A stretch of DNA of 64,000 nucleotides from Okamejei kenojei (lineage: Eukaryota). The notes under the pieces were generated by a model. The model was not told where the DNA came from, did not search any database, and saw only the letters and a program-made list of their open reading frames with translations. How positions within the stretch are numbered: the first letter of the stretch is position 1; every line of letters begins with the position of its first letter. Location of the stretch: assembly GCA_035221665.1 (NCBI GenBank), contig JAVHYY010000297.1, positions 186,001 through 250,000 on the forward strand, in the 5' to 3' direction. Of the stretch, positions 62,509-64,000 are shown in pieces. Both the position numbers and the translations under genes were made by a program.

Positions 62509-63759
62509 GTCGAGCGAACCCAGAATCCTGAAGAGCGGCACCGATGACGAAATTCTCGCAAGGATCCTGACCAAATTCACCGGAATATGTGACACGACAG
62601 CCCTGTGCATTCAACACAGGAGAGTCCGTGCCTTTTTTCATACAGGATTGTTGAAGAGTTAACCAGAGGTGCTATTTCCTTTGGTTGCAACCTTTGTGCA
62701 ATTTCCAATGATACTCCCAGCTTGTGGAAATACAACAGGGCAATCCATTTCCGTCAACATAAGAACATTGTGACAGGATTTAAACTGGTGAGTCCCGACC
62801 ACCTCCGTGATGTGAAACAAATCAGAGCATTAATGTAAAGTCGATCCGAATTAGCAGTTCAAGTCGGAGATTCCTGGTTAGAAATGGGAAACAGAGATAA
62901 AACCGGCGATTCTAATCAACAAGAAATGTGATGTCGACTATGAAAAGGGAACAACCCAGGGTAAATGGTGAAATATAGGAAATCAGAGTGGGGAGGGAAG
63001 GGGGTTGAGGAGTAGCCTGAGAGGGGCGTATAGAATGTTGGTTATATATAATAGGTATAAATTAGGTTGGCAGATAGAAAGAAACATATTCCCATTGTGT
63101 GGGTTGTCTGAATCAAGCGGGCAAGCAAATTGATCAAATGCGACGGAGAAGGGTTAGATAAGGCATGCGGGGAAAGTTGATATTCCAAACGCCAGCCACA
63201 CGGGGATGATCGAATCAGATCCAATCAAAACAGTTAAGCGACCTCAACGGATGAGTGTCGACATCACAGACGTTTCTGACCGAACGAGGGCAAATCTACG
63301 AATATTGTTGAGTACTACGGTCAACAAGAACATGGTCCCTTTTTCTTCTTAATGGTGCACTGAATCCATTAGCATACGTCGCTTCTGTAAGTCACTGACA
63401 AGAGGTAGTGTGGAAAGATATATTGTCTAGATAATTGTGTGAGACGTTAAATGAAATCGCGTTGCGCGTGCCTATATAGTCATAACGTTATTGAGTAATA
63501 AATCACATAAACTATTATTTTTGTCCAACTTGCCCAGTCGGACCAAGATTCCCCATCCACACTAGTCCCACCGGCCGCGTTTGGCCCATATGCCTCTAAG
63601 CAGTTCATATTCATGTCCATTGCAACCCCACAACCCCACGACCAATTGACAATGATGATGCTGCAATTTGACATCCATCTTCGCCATCTACAGTAAAACA
63701 CCACCCAGCAGTGTCATACAGTACCCACAGTCGTTCACAAGTTCACAATTTGCAGAAGG

Positions 63760-64000
63760 AAAATTAGCCCCATGGAGTCTACGGCATTCAATCATGGTTC
63801 ATCTATACCTCCGCGCACAATTTTCCTGCCTTCTACCCATAACCCTTGAAACCCTTTCAATTCAGGAATATGCCTATCTCTGCTTTAACATTATCCACTG
63901 ACATGGCCTACACCATGCTCTGTGGCAATGAGTTTCAAAGATGAGTCCCTCTGACTACAGAAGTTCCTCCTCACCTCTTTTCTAAGAGAGGACCCTTTAA
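63760..64000 (-). mobile_element. CR1 3' fragment running off the window end
   Basis: Similarity to 15600-15830. Confidence 0.65.

Overview
Repeat-rich vertebrate genomic DNA with five assembly gaps. The repeat repertoire (CR1, L1 and Rex1-type LINEs, tRNA-derived SINEs with (CTAAA)n tails, Penelope) and the GPCR type suggest a cartilaginous fish, probably a skate or ray (inference). Two minus-strand host genes can be reconstructed with phase-compatible GT-AG junctions. (1) A Siglec/MAG-like immunoglobulin-superfamily gene (signal exon, V-set, three further Ig exons; 8815-21820). Its V-set has Tyr in place of the essential sialic-acid-binding Arg and its 4th Ig exon is frameshifted; no TM or cytoplasmic exon was found. 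(2) An intact two-exon GPR139/GPR142-like class A GPCR (327 aa; 34948-46306) with a degraded, near full-length L1 in its intron. The most striking structure is 47.8-62.5 kb: one L1 with a twin-priming-type 5' inversion hosting two independent, complete DIRS (tyrosine-recombinase) retrotransposons of different subfamilies. Comparing the two DIRS copies shows a fused Gag-RT-RNaseH-methylase ORF, a non-overlapping recombinase ORF apparently expressed by splicing, a conserved 'anti-ICR' hairpin, and integration at sites resembling the element's own circle junction. Repeat boundaries are approximate unless a junction sequence is quoted.
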